Origin: Macrostomum hystrix
Lineage: Eukaryota > Animalia > Platyhelminthes
DNA: 64,000 nucleotides
NCBI GenBank assembly: GCA_950097015.1
Contig: CATNEN010000003.1
Span: 11,098,001 to 11,162,000 of the forward strand
Reading direction: 5' to 3'
Part shown: in pieces, positions 50,923 through 64,000 of the stretch
How positions within the stretch are numbered: the first letter of the stretch is position 1
How the letters are laid out: each line of letters starts with the position of its first letter
Program-made: the position numbers and the translations under genes
The notes under the pieces: generated by a model
The model's database searches: none
Seen by the model: only the letters and a program-made list of their open reading frames with translations
What the model was told of the DNA's origin: nothing

Positions 50923-51711
50923 TGTAATGTAATTTTTAGATGATGAAGAGAATAGATGATCGGTGATGATGTTAAGTTAAAATCAGATGCAAAATAGTTG
51001 AACCCCCAATACCAATTTCGGATCCTAATTGGTACAATTCGGCGTTGTTCCAGAAACAACTCAAAGTCTAGAGCATCTTTCGACATTTAAACTCGACTGA
51101 AGACTCACAAAAGTATTTCAGAAGCTTATGTGAGTAATGAAAAAAATAAGTTGATGTTGCGTAAATAAACACAGTCTATTTACTGACTTCAAAATAATCG
51201 ATACATCATTTTGAAATCGAGCAAATGACGTGAAGTCAGAGAAGTCCTAGAATACATTTTTATATAGTCATTCAACTGCTTACGACAGGATTCGACGAAA
51301 AGTCGATAGGGGAATTTTTGGGCCCAGATGTGTTGGAAGGGACATAAATTGGTCCATGAAGAAGCTATTTAGTGTCTGTTAGATAATCATTATTCCATTA
51401 TTCGGCAAGCAATTTTCAGTTGCTTGCTATAACAAGATTGCCTAGTTTCCTATATTTTACTTACCTGCTAGAATGTTCTCGAAACGATGGTCCAGCAGGT
51501 GCTGATCGGAAACAATTTTTCAATTAGTTTCTAGTCGATAGCCAAAGAAGAATTAAATTGCACGCGCAGCTGGCGAAATTCTTGGCCAATTTTTCACGTC
51601 TTTTTCTTTCTATGTTTCCATCGAATTATTTCTCGATAGCCGCCCAAACTATTCACCGATTGCCGAATGACACGAAAGGACATATAGAAATATGCCCAAG
51701 CTTGCAGTTTG

Positions 51712-51950
<239 letters not shown>

Positions 51951-52384
51951 ATAGAATTAAAACGATTGAAAATTTAAGACGAAAAAGGCTGGAAAGTCTA
52001 AATATGTCGGGAAATCATTAGATGTGAAATAGTGTACGTTTGTATAATATAATAATAATATATAATATATATATTTAGAAATAATATTGTATAATAATAT
52101 ATTAAAGTCACAGTCTTCAAACCGGATCTAAAAACCAGACTTACAGCCTAACGCTTGAAGGTCAGTTATAAGAAAGCTGCGTGTCTGAAAGTTAAGGCAA
52201 GTTACTTAGGTTAGCTTGCAATCTTGTCAATCATCGCTGAAAGCCTTCCTTCTCCCTCGTCAATAGCATGAAGGAGCTTTTCATTTTGGAAAACTTGTTT
52301 TGAGCAGTGTAGCTAATCACTGCACTAAATCTAACCTGCGTAACCTTCACTTGGGTAACTACTTGCTGAAAGAATTCACACGAT

Positions 52385-53585
52385 CCGTCACAACTCGATT
52401 GACACAACTCGAGTGTCACAACTCGACTGTCACAGTTCCACTGTCTCGACTCGACTAATCACAACTCGGCTGTCATAACTCGACTGTCACAATTCCACTG
52501 TCACAACTCGATTGTCACAACTCGAGTGTCACGACTCGACTGCCACAACTCGAGTGTCACAGTTCCACTGTCTCGACTCGACTGTCACAACTCGATTGTC
52601 ATAACTCGACTGTCACAATTCCACTGTCACAACTCGACTGTCACAACTCGACTGTCACAACTCGACTGTCACAATTCCACTGTCACAACTCGACTGTCAC
52701 GACTCGACTGCCACAACTCGACTGTCTCACAATTCCACTGTCACGACTCGACTTAATCTCAACTCGACTGTCACAACTCGACTGTCACAATTCCACTGTC
52801 ACAACTCGACTGTCACGACTCGACTGCCACAACTCGACTGTCTCACAATTCCACTGTCACGACTCGACTTAATCTCAACTCGATTGTCACAACTCGACTG
52901 TCACAATTCCACTGTCACAACTCGATTGTCTCAACTCGATTGTCACAACTCGACTGTCACAATTCCACTGTCACAACTCGACTGTCTCACAATTCCACTG
53001 TCACGACTCGACTTAATCTCAACTCGACTGTCACAACTCGACTGTCACAATTCCACTGTCACAACTCGACTGTCACGACTCGACTGCCACAACTCGACTG
53101 TCTCACAATTCCACTGTCACAACTCGACTGTCACGACTCGACTGCCACAACTCGACTGTCTCACAATTCCACTGTCACGACTCGACTTAATCTCAACTCG
53201 ATTGTCACAACTCGACTGTCACAATTCCACTGTCACAACTCGATTGTCTCAACTCGATTGTCACAACTCGACTGTCACAATTCCACTGTCACAACTCGAC
53301 TGTCACAACTCGATTGTCACAACTCGACTGTCACAACTCGATTGTCACAACTCGACTGTCGCGACTCGACTGTCACAACTCGACTGTCACAACTCGACTG
53401 TCACGACTCGAGTGTCACAACTCGACTGTCACAACTCGATTGTCACAACTCGACTGTCGCGACTCGACTGTCACAACTCGACTGTCACAACTCGACTGTC
53501 ACGACTCGACTGTCACAACTCGACTGTCGCGACTCGACTGTCATATTATTCGATTCAGTCACAACTTAATTGTCATAATTCGATA
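52385..53585. repeat. 14-bp minisatellite (tcacaactcgactg)n with higher-order variant blocks
   Basis: About 80 units, directly upstream of the neuropeptide promoter. Confidence 0.96.
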
Positions 53586-53704
53586 ATAAAAAACAAATTA
53601 CGAACCTTTTTACATAAAAGTGTAATTCAGTCTATACCCTTTGGCTTAGCGATGACAAAATACAGCTTCAGCAAATGGGAGAGCAATTTTGAATCAGTTC
53701 AATC

Positions 53705-53731
53705 CGATTGGCTGCGTGTTTTCTATAAAGA
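53705..53731 (+). promoter_or_regulatory. Putative promoter of the neuropeptide gene (reverse CCAAT + TATA)
   Basis: gattgg at 53706, ctataaag at ~53723, then a short non-coding exon ending cgca|gtaagt at ~53833. Confidence 0.55.
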
Positions 53732-53902
53732 CTCTACCTTTATACAGACTCTCCAAGCTAATTGATTTCCGCATTCATAGGAAAAATTTCAAGGCCATCT
53801 GTAAAGTCACAACATACAAGGCTGGATTCGCAGTAAGTGCCCAGAAAAGAAGTCAATTTATGTAGTTCGTGTTAATTGAAATTTCACAGTGATCCTTTTC
53901 AG

Positions 53903-54205
53903 ATGACTCAACCATTTCTGATAGTCGTTCTGCTAGTTGTTACAGTTGGCATGACAACCGAAGGGACTGCTGCGCCTTTTTATGACAACGAACAGCCGGA
54001 CTATTGGCAGCCAGTGCACGGCGGCTACAAGCGGTTCTTTGGCAACTTCTTGCGCTCCTCCCAGCTGTCGTATCGTTGGCCGCTGCCTGAACCAAATCCA
54101 GAGGGACGGGTGCGTTGGAGCGGCAGGCTGGGACATCGAATGATGCGCCTGCAGCAGCAGCAGCAGCAGCAGGACTCACGCAGCTGGAAGGCTCGATTCG
54201 GATAA
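53903..54205 (+). CDS. Secreted neuropeptide precursor ending in -RFamide
   Basis: Acceptor ttttcag|ATG; signal peptide MTQPFLIVVLLVVTVGMTTEG; KR dibasic site; C-terminal SWKARFG-stop (Gly amide donor); AATAAA at ~54286 and ~54297. Confidence 0.8.
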   Translation: MTQPFLIVVLLVVTVGMTTEGTAAPFYDNEQPDYWQPVHGGYKRFFGNFLRSSQLSYRWPLPEPNPEGRVRWSGRLGHRMMRLQQQQQQQDSRSWKARFG

Positions 54206-54474
54206 AAACCATAAAAACTATAAAATTACTTTCAACACCAATAAATCCGCTTAATCTGTGTGAATTTTTTGGGATTTTTTTGAATGAATAAAGGTAATAA
54301 AAATAAAAAGACAAAATCAAACGAAGCCTTAAGAAAGCTTGTTTGAGTGAGTTTTTAGCACAAGTCGTCGAGTGATTTGTTGCCGCTTAGTTTTTTAGTA
54401 GAATGAAGCTATTTGCAGTAGTGTGTTGTGTATCTTTTTTTAAATCTGATTAAAAACAGATTAAAAAGTTTCTA

Positions 54475-56369
54475 TTAATAGAAACTGACGTTAGACAAGA
54501 AACAGACTTATGAAAAAGGGTTTGTTGCTAAAAATAGCACTGACGTCACTCATACGTAGCACTTAAGCAAAGGCCTGCTAATTCCTACATGTATACATAT
54601 GTATACACTGAATATTAATGTATATTCAGTGATGTATGCTGCTCAATCAAGCATGGCTCAGCTCATAATGCAACCAATGTTTTTTTAATCTGCTCTACAA
54701 CCGTAACAAAACCGTAATCTTTTCATTCCGTAACAGAAAAAAAATTAAAAGTTTTTTTGATAAATAAGTCTCTTTAGTCATACGATGGTACAGGAACCTA
54801 TAAAAATACAAGGCAAGAATCTGCTCAATATCCTGTACCTGTACAATAACCTGTAGTCATCGGAGTGCACGTGGGTTGTACTTGAACAAAAACAGAGAAA
54901 GATCACGTATCTGGCTACACAGAGGCTATCGATCAGAGGCTAAGCTTGTCGATGTTATACTTATAAAGTTTTCATTTCGATTGATCCAGATGTTAACTTG
55001 TACAACTTGGATAATATAGGAGGTAGAAGAAAGTAACGCGTTTCCCTCTCGCACCAAGGTCCCTGAACTCGATTCCGCGGCGAGGCCACACTTAATTGGG
55101 GCGCAGCCGCGGAGAAAAGGATTGGGGGCTTGTCGTCCAATTTACGCCCTGGAGGGCCAACCTCTAAGGCGCAATGAAAGTGTATACTGCCTGACGATGT
55201 ACAAATCGTCAGTCAGGCCAGTTGTACACACCTGTTTGAGCGTGTGCCTGCGTACGGTATTTGTGTGCGTGTGTGCCATCGATGATACATAACTAATAAG
55301 GTGTAATTATGCGCATTCACAAATAACGAGCCTTTTAACAGTAGAACTACCAAGGGGTAATTCCCCTCCAGACAATTTTTTTGCTGCACCCGAACGGAAC
55401 AATGCAAGCACACGAAACTCAAGAATAGGGGCCAACTTTTTGTTGCGCATCTTCTGAAACAAGAAACAAGTCGCCAGCTCTTCAGTCGGTCGAGATACTC
55501 AATGTTTCTGGCCGAAGGTCCGATTTTTCCCATAAGAGCTAAGTGTATTTCATACACCCCTATACACGAATTTGCACTGCGCCTCAGTGCGGCCTTTCCA
55601 GGCCTTCAAAATTGATCAGCATGTCACCCGAATGTGCCTGCAACATCTCCGTCTTCGGTGGTCACCTACCTTTATCTAGACGGAGCAGCTGGACCTTAAA
55701 CAAGTAATAGTTGAGTTTAGGCCAATATCGAGGCTTGATTAGAGAAAGTAGAAAAAATCGCTTTAGGGACTCCACTGCCAGCTGGAGGCACCCTGCTGAC
55801 GGTGCTGACGACGTCGGGTTGGTGACTGATTGGTTGACGGACAAGAGGAGCATGTAAAGTAGTTGAGTGTTGCCCAATGTCGAGGCTTGATCAGCGAAAG
55901 TAGAGAAATTCGCTTTAGGGACTCCATAGTCGGCTGGTGCCACTTGTCACCTTGATCCTACCGTTAATCAAAGAAGTCAGTACAAAATAAAAATATTTAT
56001 TTGTCTAAACGAACAAGCTTTCGCCTTGCTGCTTGCCATTATGCCTAGTTGTTTTTATTTTCCAGGTTATCGACACCAAAATGTGCTGGTCGCACTAATC
56101 ATGTTACTTTTAGTGATGGTTAGGCTACAATTGAAAAATATTGTAAATGGGAGATTGTCAGACGAATCGTTTAATGTGTTCTTATCGAATCATATGCCAA
56201 AGCAATACCGGGCTTTCAACAGTAACATTCCGTGTATACAGGCGTATACATGTTCGCATTGGCAGGCGTGTGCGTACATGCTACGTATGATCAGTGACGC
56301 CAGTGCTATTTTTAGCAACAAAACCCTTTTTCATGAGTCTGTTCCTTGTTTGACGTCAGTTTCTATTAA
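54475..56369. mobile_element. 1.9-kb non-autonomous element with ~90-bp terminal inverted repeats bounded by TTAA
   Basis: 54475-54561 is the imperfect reverse complement of 56279-56369; contains a nested SINE and an internal tandem duplication (55700-55930). Confidence 0.7.
55020..55277 (+). mobile_element. tRNA-derived SINE family A, copy 8 (3' truncated, diverged)
   Basis: Aligns to the head and body of copy 7. Confidence 0.85.
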
Positions 56370-56579
56370 TAGAAGCACAAACTCACGAGACCATTTCTAC
56401 ACTTCATTATTCCACTTTTATTTGCTATATAAGCAGTCTGAACACCTGAGTGCGTGCCCGTGAATCTGTTTCAAACTACAACTGCAGCTCTACGACTTAT
56501 AAGATCCAGCTTAGTAGGCCAACAACCTGCGAGATTTAGCTAAGCCCAGGTCTGCGGGAGCTGTTTCGGAAACTGAAAA

Positions 56580-57115
56580 GAGTGGGTAATGGATTATCAA
56601 ATCTGGGTTTAGAGTGGGTCATGGATTATTTAAGCTGGGTTTAGAGAGGGTCATGGATTATTTAAACTGGGTTTAGAGTGGGTCATGGATTATCTAAGCT
56701 GGGTTTAGAGTGGGTCATGGATTATTTAAGCTGGGTTTAGAGTGGGTCGTGGATTATTTAAGCTGGGTTTAGAGTGGCTCATGGATTATCTAAGCTGGGT
56801 TTAGAGTGGGTCATGGATTATTTAAGCTGGGTTTAGAGAGGGTCATGGATTATTTAAACTGGGTTTAGAGTGGGTCATGGATTATTTAAGCTGGGTTTAG
56901 AGTGGGTCATGGATTATTTAAGCTGGGTTTAGAGAGGGTCATGGATTATTTAAACTGGGTTTAGAGTGGGTCATGGATTATTTAAGCTGGGTTTAGAGTG
57001 GGTCATGGATTATTTAAGCTGGGTTTAGAGTGGGTCATGGATTATCAAAGCTGGGTTTAGAGTGGGTCATGGATTATCTAAGCTGGGTTTAGAGTGGGTC
57101 ATAGATTATCTAAGT
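56580..57115. repeat. 32-bp minisatellite (gctgggtttagagtgggtcatggattatttaa)n
   Basis: About 16 units. Confidence 0.96.
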
Positions 57116-58020
57116 TATTATCCGTCGCCATGCCGACCAGGTGCTGAGGCTGTTAGGCCCTGCGTTCCTGTTGATATCTCGAGTGAGATTCTTCTGTTTG
57201 CTTTCGACTCTTTGTTTCTCTTTTCAGCTGCATTCTTCAATCACCAACCGCACTCCACTGCTCATTCGTCAACTCTCGCATCTCAATCTGATTGGTCGAT
57301 TCTTTAGCCCCTCCCCACCCACTTCTCAGCTCCTGGCTAGCCATTTCACCCACCCCACACCCCCGTCCATTCGTCAACTTTCACTCACCTACTCCCACGC
57401 TCATTCGTCAACTCTCGCATCTCACTCTGATTGGTTGATTCTCTTGCCCGTCCCCACCCCGATCCTCACATTGTCTATGTGAGAAGCCAAAATGAATGCA
57501 TCTTTCAATTTATTTGCACAGAACTGTAATACAATTGCAAACTATGAATTATAAACATACGATCTTGCATTTCCATACTAATACGAGTAGTAGCACCAAT
57601 TGATCTTTCTGTTCTCTAAAAGAAGCCACTTGCCTGTAGTTTCATTCTATGCATATATTGTAGTATTTGTGCTCAAGGCTAATTTAGACTATATTGCACA
57701 ACTTTAGCTATAAATATACCATGTACAATTATGACGATGTAATGAACAAGTTTCCTTGTTTTTTTGCTTCTAAAAAATAGAAGTTCTCAGACAAAATTGA
57801 AGCACGCAAAGGGGATTTACAAAACAAGTTCTTGCGAAACCGTCCAGACTCCTCTACTCTTGAGTAGTGTGTCGCGAAACTACGTGCTGAAAAAGCAAAG
57901 CAAGTTAAAAAGAATAAACAGACAACCTTAATGAAACCATTTTATTAATTCATTATATATTTTGTTATAATTATGGATCAAGTTAAAACGAATGAAAAAC
58001 AAAACATGACAAAACATGAC

Positions 58021-58950
58021 TGTGTACATGTGCTAGCTGAGTGTATGTTACAGGAGCTGTGTACATGTGCTAGCTGAGTGTGTGTTACAGGAGCTGTGTA
58101 CATGTGCTAGCTGAGTGTATGTTACAGGAGCTGTGTACAAGTGCTAGCTGAGTGTGTGTTACAGGAGCTGTGTACAAGTGCTAGCTGAGTGTGTGTTACA
58201 GGAGCTGTGTACATGTGCTAGCTGAGTGTGTGTTACAGGAGCTGTGTACATGTGCTAGCTGAGTGTGTGTTACAGGAGCTGTGTACATGTGCTAGCTGAG
58301 TCTGTGTTACAGGAGTTGTGTACATGTGCTAGCTGAGTGTATGTTACAGGAGCTGTGTACATGTGCTAGCTGAGTGTATGTTACAGGAGCTGTGTACAAG
58401 TGCTAGCTGAGTGTGTGTTACAGGAGCTGTGTACATGTGCTAGCTGAGTGTGTGTTACAGGAGCTGTGTACATGTGCTAGCTGAGTGTATGTTACAGGAG
58501 CTGTGTACATGTGCTAGCTGAGTGTATGTTACAGGAGCTGTGTACATGTGCTAGCTGAGTGTATGTTACAGGAGCTGTGTACAAGTGCTAGCTGAGTGTG
58601 TGTTACAGGAGCTGTGTACATGTGCTAGCTGAGTGTGTGTTACAGGAGCTGTGTACATGTGCTAGCTGAGTGTATGTTACAGGAGCTGTGTACATGTGCT
58701 AGCTGAGTGTGTGTTACAGGAGCTGCGTACATGTGCTAGCTGAGTGTGTGTTACAGGAGCTGTGTACATGTGCTAGCTGAGTGTGTGTTACAGGAGCTGT
58801 GTACATGTGCTAGCTGAGTGTATGTTACAGGAGCTGTGTACATGTGCTAGCTGAGTGTGTGTTACAGGAGCTGCGTACATGTGCTAGCTGAGTGTGTGTT
58901 ACAGGAGCTGTGTACATGTGCTAGCTGAGTGTGTGTTACAGGAGCTGTGT
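58021..58950. repeat. 37-bp minisatellite (tgtgtacatgtgctagctgagtgtgtgttacaggagc)n
   Basis: About 25 units; abuts the 22-bp array. Confidence 0.97.
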
Positions 58951-59182
58951 CTGTTTCTCCCCTCATCCCTGTCTGTTTCTCCCATCATCTCTGTCTGTTT
59001 CTCCCATCGTCTCTGTCTGTTTCTCCCCTCATCTCTGTCTGTTTCTCCCCTCACCTCTGTCTGTTTCTCCCCTCATCTCTGTCTGTTTCTCCCCTCACCT
59101 CTGTCTGTTTCTCCCCTCATCTCTGTCTGTTTCTCCCCTCATCTCTGTCTGTTTCTCCACTCACCTCTGTCTGTTTCTCCCC
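58947..59182. repeat. 22-bp minisatellite (tctctgtctgtttctcccctca)n
   Basis: About 10 units; same unit at 63570. Confidence 0.95.
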
Positions 59183-59594
59183 AACCGCCGCGGCTTAGGG
59201 CTTGCTCGCCTGTTTTCCTTTCCTCTCTTTCCGATCACACCAGGGCCATTTTTCCAGACCTTCTTTCTCTATAATATGCACAAAATTTATGTCAGGATTT
59301 TTTGAATTACAGCGAAATTCCTGTCACCTTCTTCGTAAATCAGATGGACTATCACAACCAGTCTTAAAGCCAAGACACATGAAGGTTTAGTTAATTGTAC
59401 TTATGCCAGTATCAAGCAAGCATAAGCTTAATAAACTAATTCGTATGACTAATATAAATAGAGAAGAGAGTAGAGGTGAGAGGAGACTATAGAGGTGAGA
59501 CACCATAAAACGCTAGTGTAAGGAAATATATGCTAACAGAAAATACTCAATAGTTTGAAAATAACTGAAGAAGAAGAAAAATATTTGATTGGCG

Positions 59595-61310
59595 AGAGAT
59601 GAGATGTGAAAGATGACACTTGAGAGACAAGACACGTGAGAGATAAGACACTTGAGAGATAAGACACTTGATAGATAAGACACTTGAGAGATAAGACACG
59701 TGAGAGACAAGACACGTGAGAGATAAGACACGTGAGAGATAAGACACGTGAGAGATAAGACACGTGAGAGACAAGACACGTGAGAGACAAGACACGTGAG
59801 AGACAAGACACATGAGAGATAAGACACGTGAGAGATAAGACACGTGAGAGATAAGACACGTGAGAGATAAGACACGTGAGAGATAAGACACGTGAGAGAT
59901 AAGACACGTGAGAGATAAGACACTTAAGAGACAAGAAACGTGAGAGACAAGACACGTGAGAGATAAGACACGTGAGAAATAAGACACGTGAGAAATAAGA
60001 CAGGTTAGAGATAAGACACGTGAGAGATAAGACACGTGAGAAATAAGACACGGGAGAGATAAGACACGTGAGAGATAAGACACTTAAGAGACAAGAAACG
60101 TGAGAGACAAGACACGTGAGAGATAAGACACGTGAGAAATAAGACACGTGAGAAATAAGACAGGTTAGAGATAAGACACGTGAGAGATAAGACACGTGAG
60201 AAATAAGACACGGGAGAGATGAGACACGGCAGATATAGGACGCGGCAGAGATAAGACACGTGAGAGATAAGACACGGTAGAGATGAGACACGGCAGATAT
60301 AGGACGCGGCAGAGATAAGACACGTGAGAGATAAGACACGGAAGAGACAAGACATGGCAGAGATGAGACACGGCATAGATTAGACACGGCAGAGATAAGA
60401 CACGGCTGAGATAAGACACGGCAGAGATTAGACATGGCAGAGATAAGACACGGCTGAGATAAGACACGGCAGAGATTAGACATGGCAGAGATAAGACATG
60501 GCAGATATAAGACACGGCAGAGATTAGACATGGCAGAGATAAGACATGGCCGAGATGAGTCACGGGAGAGATGAGACACGGCAGAGATAAGACACAGCAG
60601 AGATTAGACATGGCAGAGATAAGACACGGCAGAGATTAGACATGGCAGAGATAAGACATGGCAGATATAAGACACGGCAGAGATTAGACACGGCAGAGAT
60701 ATGACACGGCAGAGATGAGACACGGCAGAGATGGGTCACGGGAGAGATGAGACACGGCAGAGATAAGACATGGCAGAGATGAGTCACGGGAGAGATGAGA
60801 CACGGCAGAGATAAGACACTTAAGAGACAAGAAACGTGAGAGACAAGACACGTGAGAGATAAGACACGTGAGAGATAAGACACGTGAGAAATAAGACACG
60901 GGAGAGATGAGACACGGCAGATATAGGACGCGGCAGAGATAAGACACGTGAGAGATAAGACACGGAAGAGACAAGACATGGCAGAGATGAGACACGGCAT
61001 AGATTAGACACGGCAGAGATAAGACACGGCTGAGATAAGACACGGCAGAGATTAGACATGGCAGAGATAAGACACGGCTGAGATAAGACACGGCAGAGAT
61101 TAGACACGGCAGAGATAAGACACGGCAGAGATATGACAGGGCAGATATTAGACACGGCAGAGATATGACACGGCAGAGATGAGACACGGCAGAGATGGGT
61201 CACGGGAGAGATGAGACACGGCAGAGATAAGACACGGAAGAGATATGGCACGGCAGAGACAAGACATGGCAGAGATGAGTCACGGGAGGTAAGTCACGGA
61301 AGAGGCAAGT
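59595..61310 (-). repeat. 16-bp GA-rich minisatellite (gagagataagacacgt / gcagagatgagacacg)n
   Basis: About 105 units with duplicated variant blocks; same family as the 13728/14730/27285 arrays. Confidence 0.96.
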
Positions 61311-62395
61311 GTAGAGATGGTATTGAGGTCAGATAAAGGAGAGGTGATATATAAGGGGCCGCTGAGCTGTGAGCTTATAGGATCATAAGCAATATGCACC
61401 GTACCTATTTATAGCTTTTGCTTCAGCTGAAGGTTTAGACCAGGGAAGCCGATACGCGACGTGTTGGGCAAGCAGAAGAAACGAGGTTAAAGAGATGCTA
61501 TTTTTACTGTTTCGATTATGTTTTTTCTTTGTGGCTTTATATATTTATTTTTACTGCATCCGAAATTCAGTATGATAGACATTTCTCATCTGAGACCGAA
61601 AATTAAAGCATACGAACATGCACATTATATAAAAACATAACTCATAAAACTTCATTTTATGTTTCAGCTTTTCACAGTTTTTTGCTTATAAAACAGCGGC
61701 CTGTGGCAATTAGCTCGTAGGCAGGAATTTTTTGCATCCGTTTTAAAACTGAATAGGCTAAAACCATGGCAACGTGACACTATTGAGTTTACGGCCACAA
61801 AAGCAAAGAGCTGTGCATGGTGAATAGCTGATGGACCGATAACTCATGCAACAATAAAACCAGCGGGAAGGGCTGCAGCCATCCCAACCACTCAATTCTC
61901 TGTCCCCCTATGAAGCGGCAATCGATATTTTGCAGCCTAGCTGCGTATGTGCATCTTTACCGTTAGCTGTACAAGCTAGCAACAGGAGAGGCGGACGAAT
62001 TCAGCGCACTCTGCGGGATCTGGGAGCGGAGTGAGAGGCCTTCCATGCTCTTCTCTTCCTCCGACTAGTGCGCTTCATTGTACCTTTTATCCTTGTCTTT
62101 TGAAAGCAAACAGTCAGGTGACAGCCTCCTATACGCACCTACAAGTGCATACAATGCTGCGCGCAACCTCAAAGAAGCCTAGAGCCCCTTTTCTAAATCC
62201 CATTCTATGTTCTATCTAAGCCTATGCATTGTCTACGCATTGGCCCGTGTACATCTATCTGTATCTCTAGACAGAAATATCTCTCTGCCTATCTAGCCCT
62301 ATAATGAAAGAATGAAACAATGCAAAGGATGAGGAAGGGACGAAGTGTGAGGAAGCGAAGTCTTTCTCTCGTCCCAATTGAGATGTTTAGATATT

Positions 62396-62409
62396 GTTGC
62401 CATGGTAAC
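62396..62409. promoter_or_regulatory. RFX X-box consensus GTTGCCATGGTAAC
   Basis: Matches GTNRCC(N0-3)RGYAAC and is nearly palindromic; target gene not identified. Confidence 0.45.
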
Positions 62410-62724
62410 CGGCCAGCCCTCTCTCTCCGCCCGATGGAAACCGAAGAGTGGGGAAGGCTGGCTGCCAGAACCCGCAGTAAAAAAGCTGCGAGTGAGCAGA
62501 ACCACCAGAAGACCGTTTTGTCATTTACGGGATCTATAAAACTTTATCCTCCCGCTCGCTGCAGTATAACTAATTTATTCCGCTGCACGATGATAAATGA
62601 TTAGATAGACGATAAATGATAAATGATTAGTCAATATACAGTGAGCAGTGGATAACCAAGAAATGGAGGGATAAAATATAGTTATTCAAAAAGACACAGA
62701 CATGCTGCAAACCTTAAGCCCTAT

Positions 62725-63410
62725 GAAATCATTTACAGCCTCATTCACAGCTTGATTTACATTCACAGCCTCACTCACATTCACAGCCTCACTCACATTC
62801 ACAGCGTCACTCACATTCACAGTCTCACTCACATTCTCAGCATCACTCACATTCCCAGCCTCACTCACATTCACAGCCTCACTCACATTCCCAGCCTCAC
62901 TCACATTCACAGCCTCACTAACATTCACAGCCTCACTCACATTCACAGCCTCACTCACATTCACAGCCTCACTCGCATTCACAGCCTCACTCATATTCAC
63001 AGCCTCACTCACATTCACAGCCTCACTAACATTCACAGCCTCACTCACATTCACAGCCTCACTAACATTCACAGCCTCACTAACATTCACAGCCTCACTA
63101 ACATTCACAGCCTCACTAACATTCACAGCCTCACTCACATTCCCAGCCTCACTCACATTCACAGTCTCACTCACATTAACAGCCTCACTCATATTCACAG
63201 CCTCGCTCACATTCACAGCCTCACTCATATTCACAGCCTCGCTCACATTCACAGCCTCACTCACATTCCCAGCCTCACTCACATTCACAGCGTCACTCAC
63301 ATTCACAGCCTCACTCACATTCACAGCGTCACTCACATTCACAGCCTCACTCACATTCACAGCGTCACTCACATTCACAGCGTCACTCACATTCACAGCG
63401 TCACTCATAT
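62725..63410. repeat. 18-bp minisatellite (cattcacagcctcactca)n
   Basis: About 37 units; source of the SEAVNV/HIHSLT ORFs. Confidence 0.96.
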
Positions 63411-63567
63411 TCTTCTTCTTTTTGCGGTTAGAACTTAAATTCTGTCTTTGTTTTTGCAGTGCTTAAATATACACCATTTTTTAATTCAGTTTTTGCACAA
63501 GCATGGATCTTGGTTTTTACGCATATCTCATAGGTCATTTCTCATTTTGGCGTCACACCAACACCCC

Positions 63568-63840
63568 GCATCTCTGTCTGTTTCTCCCCTCATCTCTGTC
63601 TGTTTCTCCCCTCATCTCTGTCTGTTTCTCCCCTCATCTCTGTCTGTTTCTCCTCTCATCTCTGTTTGTTTCTCCCCTCATCTCTGTCTGTTTCTCCCCT
63701 TATCTCTGTCTGTTTCTCCCCTCATCTCTGTCTGTTTCTCCCCTTATCTCTGTCTGTTTCTCCCCTTATCTCTGTCTGTTTCTCCCCTCATCTCTGTCTG
63801 TTTCTCCCCTCATCTCTGTCTGTTTCTCCCCTCACATCTC
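63568..63840. repeat. 22-bp minisatellite (tctctgtctgtttctcccctca)n
   Basis: About 12 units; same unit as the 58947 array. Confidence 0.95.
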
Positions 63841-64000
63841 AGAATTTATTTTTGCAATCCCAAAGCATGAGCACAGCATTGAGAATGTTGAGTCAGGCCA
63901 CAATAGGCAGCTTAAAGCAGTAGCTGAAGAGAGACAGAAAAAAATGCATCTGGGGACAGAAATTGAAGCTATACAATTAACACATCCCAGTATCTAGGCG

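Noticed and set aside
56580-57115. GGGTTTAG-containing array as telomeric repeat
   Set aside because: It is a 32-bp complex unit, not (TTAGGG)n.

Overview
Intron-rich, AT-rich animal genomic DNA; a free-living flatworm is my inference from the gene families and is not proven. Hand-assembled genes: the last exon of an unknown gene (589-953,+); a complete SLC45 sugar-transporter-like gene (9986-4410,-); two complete tandem paralogs of macroglobulin-complement-related protein (Mcr/TEP6-type: LDLa domain, thioester GCGEQ replaced by GSAES; 12841-21844 and 23187-36460,+); a divergent REV7/MAD2L2-like HORMA ORF with no start codon of its own (37718-37092,-); an intronless class A peptide-type GPCR (41238-39928,-); and a short RFamide neuropeptide precursor (53903-54205,+). 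Mobile DNA: 8 copies of a structured tRNA-SINE, 2 copies of a second CORE-like tRNA-SINE, a MITE, a 2.3-kb solo LTR in a minisatellite, a deleted Ty3/gypsy element fused to a mariner fragment and carrying an extra ORF, and a 1.9-kb inverted-repeat element. About 18 tandem arrays (4-42 bp units) fill introns and intergenic DNA, several from shared dispersed families. Best leads: exactly complementary inverted minisatellites flanking a symmetric 606-nt Mcr exon; a REV7-like ORF that could take its AUG from a spliced leader; a 4.2-kb paralog-specific intron; and an unfamiliar SWKARFamide precursor. Most long ORFs in the supplied track are artefacts of tandem repeats.
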